Shown piece after piece: positions 37,601-47,406 of a stretch of DNA of 64,000 nt. The notes under the pieces were generated by a model, which was not told the origin of the DNA, did not search any database, and was given only the letters and a program-made list of their open reading frames with translations. This stretch comes from Moraxellaceae bacterium (lineage in GTDB: Bacteria > Pseudomonadota > Gammaproteobacteria > Pseudomonadales > Moraxellaceae). The translations under genes and the position numbers were made by a program. Location of the stretch: positions 11,223 through 75,222 of the forward strand of contig JBBKWH010000095.1 in the NCBI GenBank assembly GCA_037968855.1, given 5' to 3'. How positions within the stretch are numbered: the first letter of the stretch is position 1; each line of letters begins with the position of its first letter.

Positions 37601-40169
37601 AGAAGGCTACGAAAAAGGCATCCACGATGCCGATGCCGCGCTGATCGTCAGCACCTTATGGCCCGCGCAACAACAAGCCGGACTGCTGCGCTACTCACCG
37701 ACTGCCCGCGCCATTGCCATGTTGTATTGGAGCGACCTTAACCAGCCTGACCAGACCAAGACAGACAGCGCCAAGACAAACAGCACCGAGCAAGCCAGCA
37801 GTCTATTGGCCCGTTGTCGCTCGGCTGGCACGCTCAAGACTGTGCTGGGCAGTGATCATTTGCAACGCAAGCTGAGCGCGCAACTATTGCCTACACTGCA
37901 CAGCTTTTGCAGTAGTTTTGAATTGCCTGCCAGCAGCAGTCAGATCAGTCAAGCCGCCGATTATTTGGTGCAACAACTGGCGAATGGCGACAGTGCAAAC
38001 AGCAATCTCAGCAGCGCAAAGCCCAGCTTTGTGATCAGCCAATACGCCAGCGATTTGGTCAGTCAGTTTAAGCAACAACTGAGCAGCCACCAACGCGAAT
38101 TCGAACAGGCACTAAGTGCCGCCAAAGGCCAACACGGTCTACGCTGGCAGATCACTGCCGAATGGCTACGCGCTTTTGCCGAGCAGCTAGATCAACCGGC
38201 TGCTCTACACTATTTGCCTGAAGCCATCGCTCTAATTAATCAAGACAGTACCCTGCTCACGCAAACCCAACATGTGAAACTCAGCTTTGAGATTAGCGGG
38301 TTGATCGGCCAGCATCCGCGCATTCACAGCCAGACCTTAAGTCTGCAATTAGACGAATTTGCCGAGCGATTGGATCATCATCAACACGTGGTGATGGCCG
38401 GTTGGCAGCAACTTCAACAGGTGCGCCAAGTGGTACTGCAAGAACAACGCGAACGCCTGCGCCTAGACGAATACACGCCCAAGCCGTTGTCCTCTTTTGT
38501 GCGCAATAAATTGATTTCCGAAAGCTATCTGCCGCTGATTGGGGACAATCTCGCCAAGCAAATTGGCACCGTGGGCGAAAACCGCCGTACCGATCTGATG
38601 GGTTTGCTGATGATGATCTCGCCACCGGGTTATGGCAAAACCACCTTGATGGAATACGTCGCCAGCCGTCTGGGCTTGATCTTTATGAAGATCAATTGCC
38701 CAAGCTTAGGCCACGAGGTCACCTCATTAGACCCTGAACGCGCACCGCACTCCACGGCCCGCGCCGAGTTAATCAAGCTTAACCTTGCCTTAGAAATGGG
38801 CAATAACGTGATGCTGTATTTGGATGATATCCAACACACCAACCCAGAGTTTTTGCAAAAGTTTATCTCGTTGTGTGATGGCAGCCGCCGCATTGAGGGC
38901 ATCTGGCAAGGCCGCACCCAGACCTATGATTTGCGCGGTAAGCGCTTTTGTGTGGCAATGGCGGGCAACCCGTACACCGAAAGCGGCGAGGTGTTTAAGA
39001 TTCCAGACATGTTGGCCAACCGTGCCGACATCTACAACTTGGGCGATGTACTGAGCGGCATGGAAGACGTGTTTGCCCTGTCGTATATCGAAAACGCGAT
39101 TAGCTCTAGCCCGATCCTTGCGCCACTAGCGACCCGTGGTATGGAAGACTTTTATCGCTTTGCCGATCTAGCGCGTGGCCGCGAGGTCGCCAGTACCGAC
39201 TTTGAACACGACTACAGCGCCGCCGAACGACAAGACATTGTCAACACCCTGCAAAACCTCTACACCGTGCGCGATACCGTGCTTAAGGTCAATCAAGCCT
39301 ATATCGCCTCAAGCGCACAGGCCGATGCCTACCGCACCGAGCCAAATTTTCGCTTGCAAGGCAGTTACCGCAACATGAACCGCTTGGCCGAAAAAATCTC
39401 GCCCATCATGACTGCCGCCGAGCTACAACGCTTGGTCGATGATCATTACGTCGGCGAAGCACAATTGCTAACCCAAGGCGCAGAAGAAAACCTACTCAAA
39501 CTCAAAGAAATGCGCGGCACTTTAAACCCAGATGAAGCCCAACGCTGGGCCGAGATCAAACTGGAATATCAACGCCGTCAGCAAGCCGGTGGTGATCAAG
39601 ACACCGGCGTTAAAGTGGTCCGGCAATTGGGCTTTATTGCCGAGGGGCTGAACAATGGCTTAAGCCACCTCAAGCAAGCAGCCAGCGAACAACAGGTTCA
39701 TCATCGTCAACTGTACGAACATGGGATCAGCCAACACAGCGCCAGCCTTGAACAAGCCAAGCAGCAACAGAGCCATCTGCATGACCTGATCAGCCAATTG
39801 ATCAACCGACTGGGCGAGCAATTGCATCAACTGGATCTTGCACCCAACATTGCCGTCAACGTGGCCGAGCCAGTGGGCATGCAAGAAGCCATGCGCCAAC
39901 TCACCGCAGTGCTGAATCAAAGCCTACTGGCCCTACAACCGACCGAACAACAACTTAGCCAAGCCAGCAGCATCAACAACAACGCCAAACAAACCCAACA
40001 AGCCGTCGAGGATGTCAAAACCTCGCTCCAGCAACTGGGCCAACAAATCAGCGAACTGAAGCTCAGCAGTGTTGGCGTGCAGCAACACGCACCTGCATCA
40101 TCGCCAACCTACATTGAATATCCTGATGGGCCACGGCCACCGCCTTTGCCACCTAAGGTAACGGAATAG
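34650..40169 (+). CDS. Giant (about 1840 aa) coiled-coil protein with a single dynein/MoxR-type (AAA_5-like) ATPase cassette and Pro-rich C-terminus; function unknown
   Basis: Continuous ORF. Walker A ISPPGYGKTT (about 38624-38650), Walker B LYLDDIQH (about 38811), sensor MAGNPY, and an Arg in PDMLANRADIY. Long Q/E/R-rich heptad-like stretches flank the cassette. The N-terminal 480 aa is not coiled-coil. Tail ...YPDGPRPPPLPPKVTE. The start is uncertain (TTG 34593, ATG 34650 or 34665; no strong SD). Confidence 0.7.
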   Translation: MESHNMSDTIRPNDPQQDQSHLEQLVREGSSFETILRRLRDQGEHLRQGIRQLNTERTAVFGSVNMAILGRARVRTEQNAIARDVIQLGQQLLFGFNLQLGLRKTLSVDDVFVLYHLDEQDDQFELTAINSAGTFLADGGFLRDFNELQQYYSQAFLSQLIRMDGKLLAVFQIGEKVTDIRVFRWELYPNGSVNRYIDNRGERDLKFPDRFGFKWQVAGRDRQVQGRQPHLNILDTIFVDNLRGDITVKIENNTSTGQGIFSDPVEIDSQSLDDASFEYADLGSMIVLRILPFTETTWRYYIYNRDTQTVLREDQLAGSIVPLPENHGLIFPAGFYLSTGELKTYDIPEQDFRFVRSIRAPNGEDVLFAFFAQKTGHVLLYRYNLISKQTDTPMIGHGYALHDSGRLAIFHAEDEPTQVHPLQLWHTPFMADRVHAEQADQNQHPLGKIGNPELVRGIAELNTIIKLIEQPTGSALHFHRLIKTIDRTLDQCFWLDDLAEISLQPQLIEARQSAELMIDEYDKVQAIRQQSNQAIDSAATTQAQLLRDLKPNQWKSPDAFVSYLKILRDHHGQLMTLKDRRYIALERLQQLEQALQQAQDDLTIKTFDFLASEQALGGYRNTLAELSEQVRQAERREQLATLVERYRELTQGLDMIQSMLASMSGDNTTQQTQIADNISSIYASINQQRAHAEVRLREQGSAEARAQFAARMRLYEQSLANGINALTGPEDCDPLLTRMLDQLQELESQFGEFDDFLALILAERERSQESIEARRQQLQEQRQRRINTLSDASTRILQNIRQRTERFGQLAELHAFFASDAMVQKVRQMAEQLRQMGASLEADSAASQLRAAQDGAMRSVRDRADIFEDGGQVIKLGPRHRFSVNQQQLDLTLLVRDGQPMLHLTGTQFYEPLHDARLTPLQAYWDINLPSESPQVYRAEYLAYLVMQQLLIQQQGKPQQTPINVADLAALTDYIRQFASPRYQEGYEKGIHDADAALIVSTLWPAQQQAGLLRYSPTARAIAMLYWSDLNQPDQTKTDSAKTNSTEQASSLLARCRSAGTLKTVLGSDHLQRKLSAQLLPTLHSFCSSFELPASSSQISQAADYLVQQLANGDSANSNLSSAKPSFVISQYASDLVSQFKQQLSSHQREFEQALSAAKGQHGLRWQITAEWLRAFAEQLDQPAALHYLPEAIALINQDSTLLTQTQHVKLSFEISGLIGQHPRIHSQTLSLQLDEFAERLDHHQHVVMAGWQQLQQVRQVVLQEQRERLRLDEYTPKPLSSFVRNKLISESYLPLIGDNLAKQIGTVGENRRTDLMGLLMMISPPGYGKTTLMEYVASRLGLIFMKINCPSLGHEVTSLDPERAPHSTARAELIKLNLALEMGNNVMLYLDDIQHTNPEFLQKFISLCDGSRRIEGIWQGRTQTYDLRGKRFCVAMAGNPYTESGEVFKIPDMLANRADIYNLGDVLSGMEDVFALSYIENAISSSPILAPLATRGMEDFYRFADLARGREVASTDFEHDYSAAERQDIVNTLQNLYTVRDTVLKVNQAYIASSAQADAYRTEPNFRLQGSYRNMNRLAEKISPIMTAAELQRLVDDHYVGEAQLLTQGAEENLLKLKEMRGTLNPDEAQRWAEIKLEYQRRQQAGGDQDTGVKVVRQLGFIAEGLNNGLSHLKQAASEQQVHHRQLYEHGISQHSASLEQAKQQQSHLHDLISQLINRLGEQLHQLDLAPNIAVNVAEPVGMQEAMRQLTAVLNQSLLALQPTEQQLSQASSINNNAKQTQQAVEDVKTSLQQLGQQISELKLSSVGVQQHAPASSPTYIEYPDGPRPPPLPPKVTE

Positions 40170-40246
40170 CATTGATTCGCTTAAAAAAACAAGGCACACC
40201 CAAGCGCACCCTGTTGAAAAAACTGTCAGATACAGCCCAACCCGAT

Positions 40247-40795
40247 TTAAGCTTTGGCCCACTCTGTGGTGGTTTTTGCGCCGCGTGCATGCAGCAATTT
40301 GAGCGTGGCTTCTTCTTCTGGCAGCGCATCAGACCATTCGATCAGGTCAAAATCGACATCAAACCATAGATCACTAATCGACGACAAAATGGTCATGCCA
40401 TCATCATCAAGTTTGTTAGGATCAACACCAGCATCCAGCAACTTGGTCACCACGGGTACACAGGCTGCGCTGGCAGCATCCCACAACGGGCCAAAAAACT
40501 CCTCAACATCCCACATGTGAATATTGGCTTTGGCCGCAATTAAAGCATCAACAATAGCCATATATGGGGTGAGCAAACGGGCTTTTTCTTCTTCTGACAA
40601 TGGCGCTTCGGTTTCGTAGCCATGTACCACCGCTTCCCACCACGAAAACAACTGATCACAGATCTGGGTCAACGGTGGGCCAAGTTCTGGGTCCAAAAAA
40701 TTTGGGTTCACATCGGCGGCCAAAAGCTGCTTGACGGCTTCGACATCGAGCGCGCTAATCGCTTGGGTCAGGGCCATTTGTTGTTGGTCTAACAT
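40247..40795 (-). CDS. Hypothetical cytoplasmic protein with ankyrin-like repeats
   Basis: ATG at 40795 follows GAGGAG. Contains ...VKQLLAADVNPNFLD... and ...VTKLLDAGVDPNKLDDDGMTILS..., which resemble ANK repeats. Convergent with the giant gene. Confidence 0.4.
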   Translation of the reverse strand: MLDQQQMALTQAISALDVEAVKQLLAADVNPNFLDPELGPPLTQICDQLFSWWEAVVHGYETEAPLSEEEKARLLTPYMAIVDALIAAKANIHMWDVEEFFGPLWDAASAACVPVVTKLLDAGVDPNKLDDDGMTILSSISDLWFDVDFDLIEWSDALPEEEATLKLLHARGAKTTTEWAKA

Positions 40796-41176
40796 GACGA
40801 CGAACTCCTCAAAAAAGTTCGGCCATTTTGTCACGTCTGATATGAATGCGCCGTGACCTTTGACAGTTTTTCGTGATTTGATCGTTAAATAACGGAGCGG
40901 CATGCGGTGTTGTCACAATTGATTGGGCCATTCCCCATCAAAAATATTTCAAAAACAGCTAGGTGATCCATCACCCGATCATTGATTACTGGTCATACAT
41001 GTTCTTTTATAGGCTGATGGTTTTACCAACCACAACAGCATCAACCACGCGTTACATCACGGCTAAAACAAGGCGATCCGGCCAGACGCTACTGGCCGAG
41101 ATCGCAACAGGACAATCCGATTCATCAACATATTGATGCAGGCATGCCGCCATCACGACGGGAAAGATCACCTGCA

Positions 41177-41365
41177 TTAGCGATGAATCAAGCGATACGA
41201 TGAGGCACGGACAAAACGACGGCGCTCATTAGGCATGACGTGGCTACGTTCTTCTGGACGACGAAAGCGATCCAAAATGATAGTACCCAGTCGACCCACC
41301 ACAATAGCGGCAAATAGCATCAACATGACAAAGAACACCGGATGAACGTCTGATAGCATCAACAT
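41177..41365 (-). CDS. Small hypothetical membrane protein
   Basis: 62-aa ORF with one TM helix and a basic tail. Weak support. Confidence 0.25.
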   Translation of the reverse strand: MLMLSDVHPVFFVMLMLFAAIVVGRLGTIILDRFRRPEERSHVMPNERRRFVRASSYRLIHR

Positions 41366-41651
41366 GATGTTGACTCCTCTATGAATTAAACATGGGTTTA
41401 GACATCAAGCGCAGCAAACTCAATGAACAGATGTTCACTGAACTGCGCTTGGCTTAAACATATAGAAATTTATGTGATGAGCATCACGCTACTTGTCCGA
41501 CAAGATTTAAAAAAACACAATGAATACTGAATCTTGTCTAACAGCTAGACACAAATGTAAGCAAATATAATTGTTGTATGCAAAGCCTGTTAACCACTGC
41601 TTTTAAATCATTAAAGACGCATCGCGCATGCACACACAAAAACAGGTGACC

Positions 41652-41676
41652 AAAAAAAGCCCGCAAATCTGCGGGC
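41652..41676 (-). terminator. Rho-independent terminator of actP
   Basis: Minus strand reads GCCCGCAGATTTGCGGGC followed by TTTTTTT. Confidence 0.6.
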
Positions 41677-41737
41677 AAAGGAGGGTACAACAAACAGCAG
41701 TCACAGCATCTCGCTGTTATCTCACTACCACAACGCC

Positions 41738-43447
41738 TTAATGATCACTGGCTTGACTGGCACCAATGCCGGTCATTGAACGGACAAACTGCTCATCAAA
41801 GCTCTCGCGTTCGGCTTTGGCCCGTTCGCTATGGTCAGTCACCGAGCCAATCCAGCAACCCAAGAAGGCCAAGGTCATCGAGAACAATGCCGGATTGGTA
41901 TACGGAATCGGCGCGCTGTCGCTAATGTGCAAGGTTTCCACCCAGACCGCTTTGGTCAAGGCAATAAACAGCACCGACGACACCAAGCCCAACACGCCGC
42001 CAATCACCGCGCCACGCGTGGTGAGACCACGCCAAAACATCGACAACAACAACACAGGGAAGTTGGCCGAGGCCGCCACCGCAAAGGCCAGACCGACCAT
42101 AAAGGCAACGTTTTGTTTTTCAAAGGCAATGCCCAGCAACATGGCCAGCAGACCCAAGCCCAACACGGCCATTTTGGACACGCGCATTTCTTGCTTTTCG
42201 GTGGCACGACCATGCGCAATCACATTGGCATACAAGTCATGTGATACCGCCGATGCGCCCGATAAGGTCAGACCGGCAACCACTGCCAAGATGGTGGCAA
42301 AAGCAACCGCCGAGATAAAGCCCAAAAACCAGCTTCCGCCCAAGGCATGCGACAAATGAACCGCTGCCATATTGCCACCACCGAGCAACTCAAGTTTGCC
42401 GGTTTCGGCCATTTTGGCCAGATCCAAATACTGCGGGTTTTGCGCCACGAACAAGATCGCACCAAAGCCAATGATAAAGGTCAGCAGATAGAAGTAACCA
42501 ATAAATCCAGTGGCAAAAAACACCGATTTACGCGATTCTTTGGCACTGTTGACGGTAAAAAAGCGCATCAAAATGTGTGGCAAACCCGCCGTACCAAACA
42601 TCAGCGCCACACCCAAAGAAATGGCATCAATCGGATTGCTGATCAATGAACCCGGCCCCATGATCTTCATGCCGTCGGTGTTGTTGACCTTGCCGTACAC
42701 ATCTACCGCGCTGGCAAACATTGATTCAAGACTAAAGTCATACGCCTTGAGCACCATAAAGGCCATAAATGACGCGCCACATAGCAGCAACACTGCCTTG
42801 ATGATTTGCACCCACGTGGTCGCCAACATCCCGCCAAACAGCACATAGGCCATCATCAGTACGCCCACCACCACCACAGCGATGTTGTAGTTCAGGCCAA
42901 ACAACAGCTTGATCAACTGTCCTGCCCCAACCATCTGGGCAATCAAATAAAACGCCACCACCACCAACGTACTGACCGCTGCCATGGTGCGCACAGGCCG
43001 TCGACCTAAGCGATAGGCCACCACATCAGCAAAGGTGTATTTGCCCAAGTTGCGCAAGCGTTCGGCAATCACAAACAAGATGATCGGCCAGCCGACCAAA
43101 AAGCCAATCGAGTACAGCAAGCCGTCATAGCCCTTGCTAAACACCATCGCCGAGATGCCCAAAAACGACGCAGCCGACATAAAATCACCGGCAATCGCAA
43201 GGCCGTTTTTAAAGCCCGAAATCCCACCACCAGCGGTATAAAAATCGGATGCCGATTGGGTTTTGCTGGCGGCCCATTTGGTAATAAATAAGGTCAAACC
43301 GACAAACAATACAAACATGCCAATGGCAGTCCAGTTGGTCGCTTGTTGGGCAGCCTGACCAAAATCACCGCCAGCGGCCATTGCACCCATGGGCAATAGT
43401 GACAGTAGGCTGAGTAAGCCCAAACCCAGTGAGGAGATGCGACTCAT
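41738..43447 (-). CDS. actP: Cation/acetate symporter ActP (sodium:solute symporter family)
   Basis: 569 aa, signal-like N-terminus, SSS-family TM core (...[32 protein letters not shown]...). Translationally coupled to the upstream yjcH (ATGA). Confidence 0.85.
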   Translation of the reverse strand: MSRISSLGLGLLSLLSLLPMGAMAAGGDFGQAAQQATNWTAIGMFVLFVGLTLFITKWAASKTQSASDFYTAGGGISGFKNGLAIAGDFMSAASFLGISAMVFSKGYDGLLYSIGFLVGWPIILFVIAERLRNLGKYTFADVVAYRLGRRPVRTMAAVSTLVVVAFYLIAQMVGAGQLIKLLFGLNYNIAVVVVGVLMMAYVLFGGMLATTWVQIIKAVLLLCGASFMAFMVLKAYDFSLESMFASAVDVYGKVNNTDGMKIMGPGSLISNPIDAISLGVALMFGTAGLPHILMRFFTVNSAKESRKSVFFATGFIGYFYLLTFIIGFGAILFVAQNPQYLDLAKMAETGKLELLGGGNMAAVHLSHALGGSWFLGFISAVAFATILAVVAGLTLSGASAVSHDLYANVIAHGRATEKQEMRVSKMAVLGLGLLAMLLGIAFEKQNVAFMVGLAFAVAASANFPVLLLSMFWRGLTTRGAVIGGVLGLVSSVLFIALTKAVWVETLHISDSAPIPYTNPALFSMTLAFLGCWIGSVTDHSERAKAERESFDEQFVRSMTGIGASQASDH

Positions 43448-43764
43448 GATTTCACCTCTTCAACCACACGGCGGGTCAGCTCGTCAAAACGACTGTTGGC
43501 ATACCAGACATACACGCCAGACAGTACAAAGGCCGACAAAATCACCGCCACGCCCAACGGCATGCCCACAGTGGTGACACCGCCCGATAGCGATTGGCTT
43601 AAGGTCTCTGGTGACAGCGCAACCAGTAACACAAAGCCAAAATAAATCACCAATTGAATGATGGTGAGTGTCCAGCCCAAGCGCACTTTTTGTCGAACCA
43701 AGGTCTTAAAGCCTTGATCATTTAAAATGGCCTGAACGCGCTTTTGCTCCATCGTCTTGTTCAT
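43444..43764 (-). CDS. yjcH: DUF485 inner-membrane protein YjcH-like, co-transcribed with actP
   Basis: [26 protein letters not shown]... and two TM helices resemble E. coli YjcH. Confidence 0.75.
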   Translation of the reverse strand: MNKTMEQKRVQAILNDQGFKTLVRQKVRLGWTLTIIQLVIYFGFVLLVALSPETLSQSLSGGVTTVGMPLGVAVILSAFVLSGVYVWYANSRFDELTRRVVEEVKS

Positions 43765-43925
43765 GATGCGATGCTCCATGCAGATCAGAATAATTCACCC
43801 TTTGACCATACCTAGATTGCATGCGCTTGGAACTTCGACTTTGGTCGATGAGACCACACCAAACAGATCAGTGGCCGGTATGATCAATCCATTACCATCA
43901 ACACGCCCACGCGCAAGGACTGCCC

Positions 43926-46900
43926 ATGAATGGCTGGTGGATCACCTCGGCATTGGCGCTGTATATCGGTGTGCTGTTTGCCTGTGCATTTTTGGGCGAG
44001 CGACAGTCGGCACGCTTTAGCGCACGCGGGCGGCAGTGGTTATATGCGCTGACCTTGGGCGTGTATTGCACCTCGTGGACGTTTTATGGCGCGGTCGGTT
44101 CGGCGGTGCGTGATGGCTGGGGGTTTTTGCCGATTTATCTGGGGCCATTGCTGTTTTTGTGGTGGGGCAAAGACATCTGGCAACGCTTGGTACAGATTCG
44201 TGCGCGCCAATCCATTAGCTCGATTGCCGACTTTATTGCGGCACGTTATGGCAAGTCGCCGGTGTTAGCCTCAATGGTCACGGTCTGCGCGGTGGTCGGC
44301 ATCCTGCCCTATCTAGCCTTACAGTTACGCGCGGTGGATTCGAGTGTCACGGTGCTACTGGGCGATGCCCTCACACAGGCCCATAGCGACTGGTCAAGCT
44401 TGGGTGTACTGATTTTGACCGCAGGTTTGGCCGGTCTGGCGATGCTGTTTGGCACACGGCAAATGTTGGCCAACGAACACCATGGCGGCCTCATGCTGGC
44501 CGTAGCGCTTGAATCTGCGGTGAAGCTAATCGCTTTGTTGGCGATTGGCGTTTATGCCCTGTGGCAATTGCTGGATGTCAATGCAGCCGCCTTTGCCCCT
44601 GTGCAGCAGTTGGCGATGCCGGATCAGTTGCCTAGTGGCTTTTGGGCGCAGACCTTACTGGCAGCCTTGGCAATGATTTGTTTGCCACGCCAGTTTCATG
44701 TTGGGGTAGTCGAGTGCCCTGATCAAGCGGTTGTACCGGCAGCACGCAAGCTGTTTGCGCTGTATTTGCTGTTGACAGTGTTGGCGATTTTGCCGATTGC
44801 AGCATGGGCGCTGACCCGCAGCCAAGCCTTAGCCGATCCCGACATGGCGGTATTGTTATTACCGTTATTGCATGATCAAACTGCCCTTGCCTTACTGGCC
44901 TTTTTGGGTGGTTTTTCGGCGTCGACTGGCATGATGCTGGTGGCCAGCGTTGCGCTGTCGATCATGATCAGCAACGACTTAATTTTGCCTGCGCTATGGC
45001 GTATCGGCTGGCTGAAACAAGATGATTCTCGCTTGGCGCAAGTGGTGCGTTGGATTCGCCGTGTGGCGCTGCTTGGCTTGATGTTATTGGGTTATTTGAT
45101 GTACCGCTTATTTGATGGTACAGCGCAATTGGCTTCCATCGGCTTGTTGGCGTTTGCCGCGGTGGCCCAGTTTGCACCGGCCTTGATTGGCGGCTTGTAT
45201 TGGCGTGGTGGCAGCAAAATGGGCGTGATGCTGGGGCTATCAGCAGGGTTTGTGTTGTGGGGATTTTGCCTGTTGCTGCCTGCCCTCTTACACTTGGGCA
45301 TTGGCCCTGCCGATTGGCAAAGTGACGGGATGTTTGGCTTGGGCTTGCTACGGCCCGAAGCGCTATTTGGCAGTCATGGCCTTGATCCGTTGACTCATGG
45401 CGTGCTGTGGTCATTATCGGTCAATGTGTTGCTGTATGTGGGTGGCTCGATTCAATGGCGCGCATCAGTGCCCGAACAGATGCAAGCGCTGCCCTTTTTA
45501 CAACCCGAAGACCAACTTGATGCGCCTTATCTGTCCAAACAACATGGCCCCAGTCGTTTTCGCCTGAATGATTTGTATGCCTTGGTCGAACGGATCAATG
45601 GCCCTGCGGTGGCCGAACGACGCTTTGCCGAATTTGCTGCCCAACAGCAAGAAGTGCTCAATCTGCATCAAGCTGCCGACAGCCGTTGGTGGCGCATGAC
45701 CGAGCAATGTTTGGCTGGTGCGATTGGTACGGCATCGGCGCGGCGTTTGCTCAGTACCGCATTACATGATCAAGGCATTGGCGTGGCGGAAGTCGCAGGC
45801 TTGCTGGATCATGCCTCGCAGTGGCAGCGTTTTAATCAGGCACTGCTGGCCACCATGATGGATCACATGAGCCAAGGTGTGAGCGTGGTGGATGCCGATT
45901 TACGCATGGTGGCGTGGAATCGGCGTTATTTAGAACTGTTTGATTATCCTTTAGATTTGGTCTATGTCGGCTGCCCAGTCGCCGATTTGATCCGCTTTAA
46001 TGCCGAGCGCGGCGAATGCGGCACAGGCACGGTGCAAGCGCATATCGACAAACGTCTATATTGGATGCGTCTGGGCAATCCGCACACCTTTGAACGGGTG
46101 CGCAAAGATGGCCGCGTGATTGAGATGCGCGGCCAACCAATCAAAGGCGGTGGCTTTGTCACCACCTTTGCCGACATTAGCGATTTTCGTCAGACCGAAA
46201 GTCTACTGGCGCAACGGGTGACTGAGCGCACCGAACAACTCGAAACCGCATTACTCGAACAAGCCACTGCCCGACAACTGGCCGACACCGCCAATCAATC
46301 CAAAAGCCGTTTTGTGGCCGCAGCCAGTCATGATCTATTGCAACCGATGCATGCGGCACGGTTATTTGCCGCCAGTCTTGAGCATGCCGACCTCAATGCA
46401 GACGCACGCGACTTGGTGCAGCAACTGGATCGCTCCTTACATGGTGCCGAGAGCATTTTGTCTTCGTTATTGGACATTGCACGATTGGATACTGGCGCAC
46501 TCCAACCCCATCTAGAACCCGTGGCACTTGGCCCATTGCTGGCCGATCTTGAGTCGCAATACGCCCCCACCGCGCAACAGCGCCAACTGACCTTAAACGT
46601 CCATTCCAGCAATATCTGGGTGTTAAGCGATGCGCAATGGCTACGGCGGATGCTACAAAACTTGCTCAGTAACGCCTTACGCTATACCGCCTCTGGTCGG
46701 GTGGTCATGGGTACACGACGCGGCACTGATGGCAGCATTCGGATTGGGGTATGGGATACGGGTATGGGCATTGCGCCCGAACAACAGCAACAGATTTTTG
46801 ATGAATTTCAACGTGGTCAACATGCGTCGCCGTGGGGTGAACAAGGCTTAGGCTTGGGGCTTGCCATTACCTTACGGATGGCCAAACGGCTGGCGCATTC

Positions 46901-47378
46901 CTTGCAGTTATATTCGGTGGTGGGGCGTGGCTCGTGTTTTTGGCTCAGTGTGCCGATCATTCAAGCACCTACCCAACTGATGCAGGCCGTGCCCGTCAGC
47001 AGCAAACCATTGGACGGTTTAAGTGTGTTGTGTTTGGACAATGATCCAGTGATTTTGGCGGGTATGCAGCAACTGTTGATCCGCTGGGGCTGTCAGGTAC
47101 AGATCGCCAGCACGCTGGCTGAGGCACTGCGCCAGCACCAAACACAACCGGCACAGGTTTGGCTGATTGATCAACACCTTGATGCTGAGCAATCGGGCCT
47201 ACAAGTGTTGCAAGATGAACTCCCCGTCGGCTGCGTAGCGGCATTGATCACCGCCGACAGTGATCCAGACCTCCCCCAACAAGTGCGTAATCTGGGCGCA
47301 GTGTTTCTAAAAAAACCGTTACAACCCGCCGCATTGCGCGCGTTTTTAAGCAGTGTAAATGTACAGCGCCCTGCGTGA
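43926..47378 (+). CDS. CrbS/CbrA-like hybrid sensor histidine kinase with N-terminal sodium:solute-symporter domain, PAS, HisKA/HATPase and C-terminal receiver
   Basis: 1150 aa. 13 or more TM helices of SSS type, a PAS region, an H-box (AAASHDLLQPM), N/G boxes, then a REC domain (VLCLDNDPVILAGMQQLL...). Confidence 0.8.
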   Translation: MNGWWITSALALYIGVLFACAFLGERQSARFSARGRQWLYALTLGVYCTSWTFYGAVGSAVRDGWGFLPIYLGPLLFLWWGKDIWQRLVQIRARQSISSIADFIAARYGKSPVLASMVTVCAVVGILPYLALQLRAVDSSVTVLLGDALTQAHSDWSSLGVLILTAGLAGLAMLFGTRQMLANEHHGGLMLAVALESAVKLIALLAIGVYALWQLLDVNAAAFAPVQQLAMPDQLPSGFWAQTLLAALAMICLPRQFHVGVVECPDQAVVPAARKLFALYLLLTVLAILPIAAWALTRSQALADPDMAVLLLPLLHDQTALALLAFLGGFSASTGMMLVASVALSIMISNDLILPALWRIGWLKQDDSRLAQVVRWIRRVALLGLMLLGYLMYRLFDGTAQLASIGLLAFAAVAQFAPALIGGLYWRGGSKMGVMLGLSAGFVLWGFCLLLPALLHLGIGPADWQSDGMFGLGLLRPEALFGSHGLDPLTHGVLWSLSVNVLLYVGGSIQWRASVPEQMQALPFLQPEDQLDAPYLSKQHGPSRFRLNDLYALVERINGPAVAERRFAEFAAQQQEVLNLHQAADSRWWRMTEQCLAGAIGTASARRLLSTALHDQGIGVAEVAGLLDHASQWQRFNQALLATMMDHMSQGVSVVDADLRMVAWNRRYLELFDYPLDLVYVGCPVADLIRFNAERGECGTGTVQAHIDKRLYWMRLGNPHTFERVRKDGRVIEMRGQPIKGGGFVTTFADISDFRQTESLLAQRVTERTEQLETALLEQATARQLADTANQSKSRFVAAASHDLLQPMHAARLFAASLEHADLNADARDLVQQLDRSLHGAESILSSLLDIARLDTGALQPHLEPVALGPLLADLESQYAPTAQQRQLTLNVHSSNIWVLSDAQWLRRMLQNLLSNALRYTASGRVVMGTRRGTDGSIRIGVWDTGMGIAPEQQQQIFDEFQRGQHASPWGEQGLGLGLAITLRMAKRLAHSLQLYSVVGRGSCFWLSVPIIQAPTQLMQAVPVSSKPLDGLSVLCLDNDPVILAGMQQLLIRWGCQVQIASTLAEALRQHQTQPAQVWLIDQHLDAEQSGLQVLQDELPVGCVAALITADSDPDLPQQVRNLGAVFLKKPLQPAALRAFLSSVNVQRPA

Positions 47379-47406
47379 TGACGGAACGCTGCGCCAGCGT
47401 TTTGGC

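Noticed and set aside
40172-40369. 65-aa ORF immediately after the giant gene
   Set aside because: It overlaps the 3' end of the convergent ankyrin-like gene on the opposite strand. It has no SD or homology and is probably spurious.
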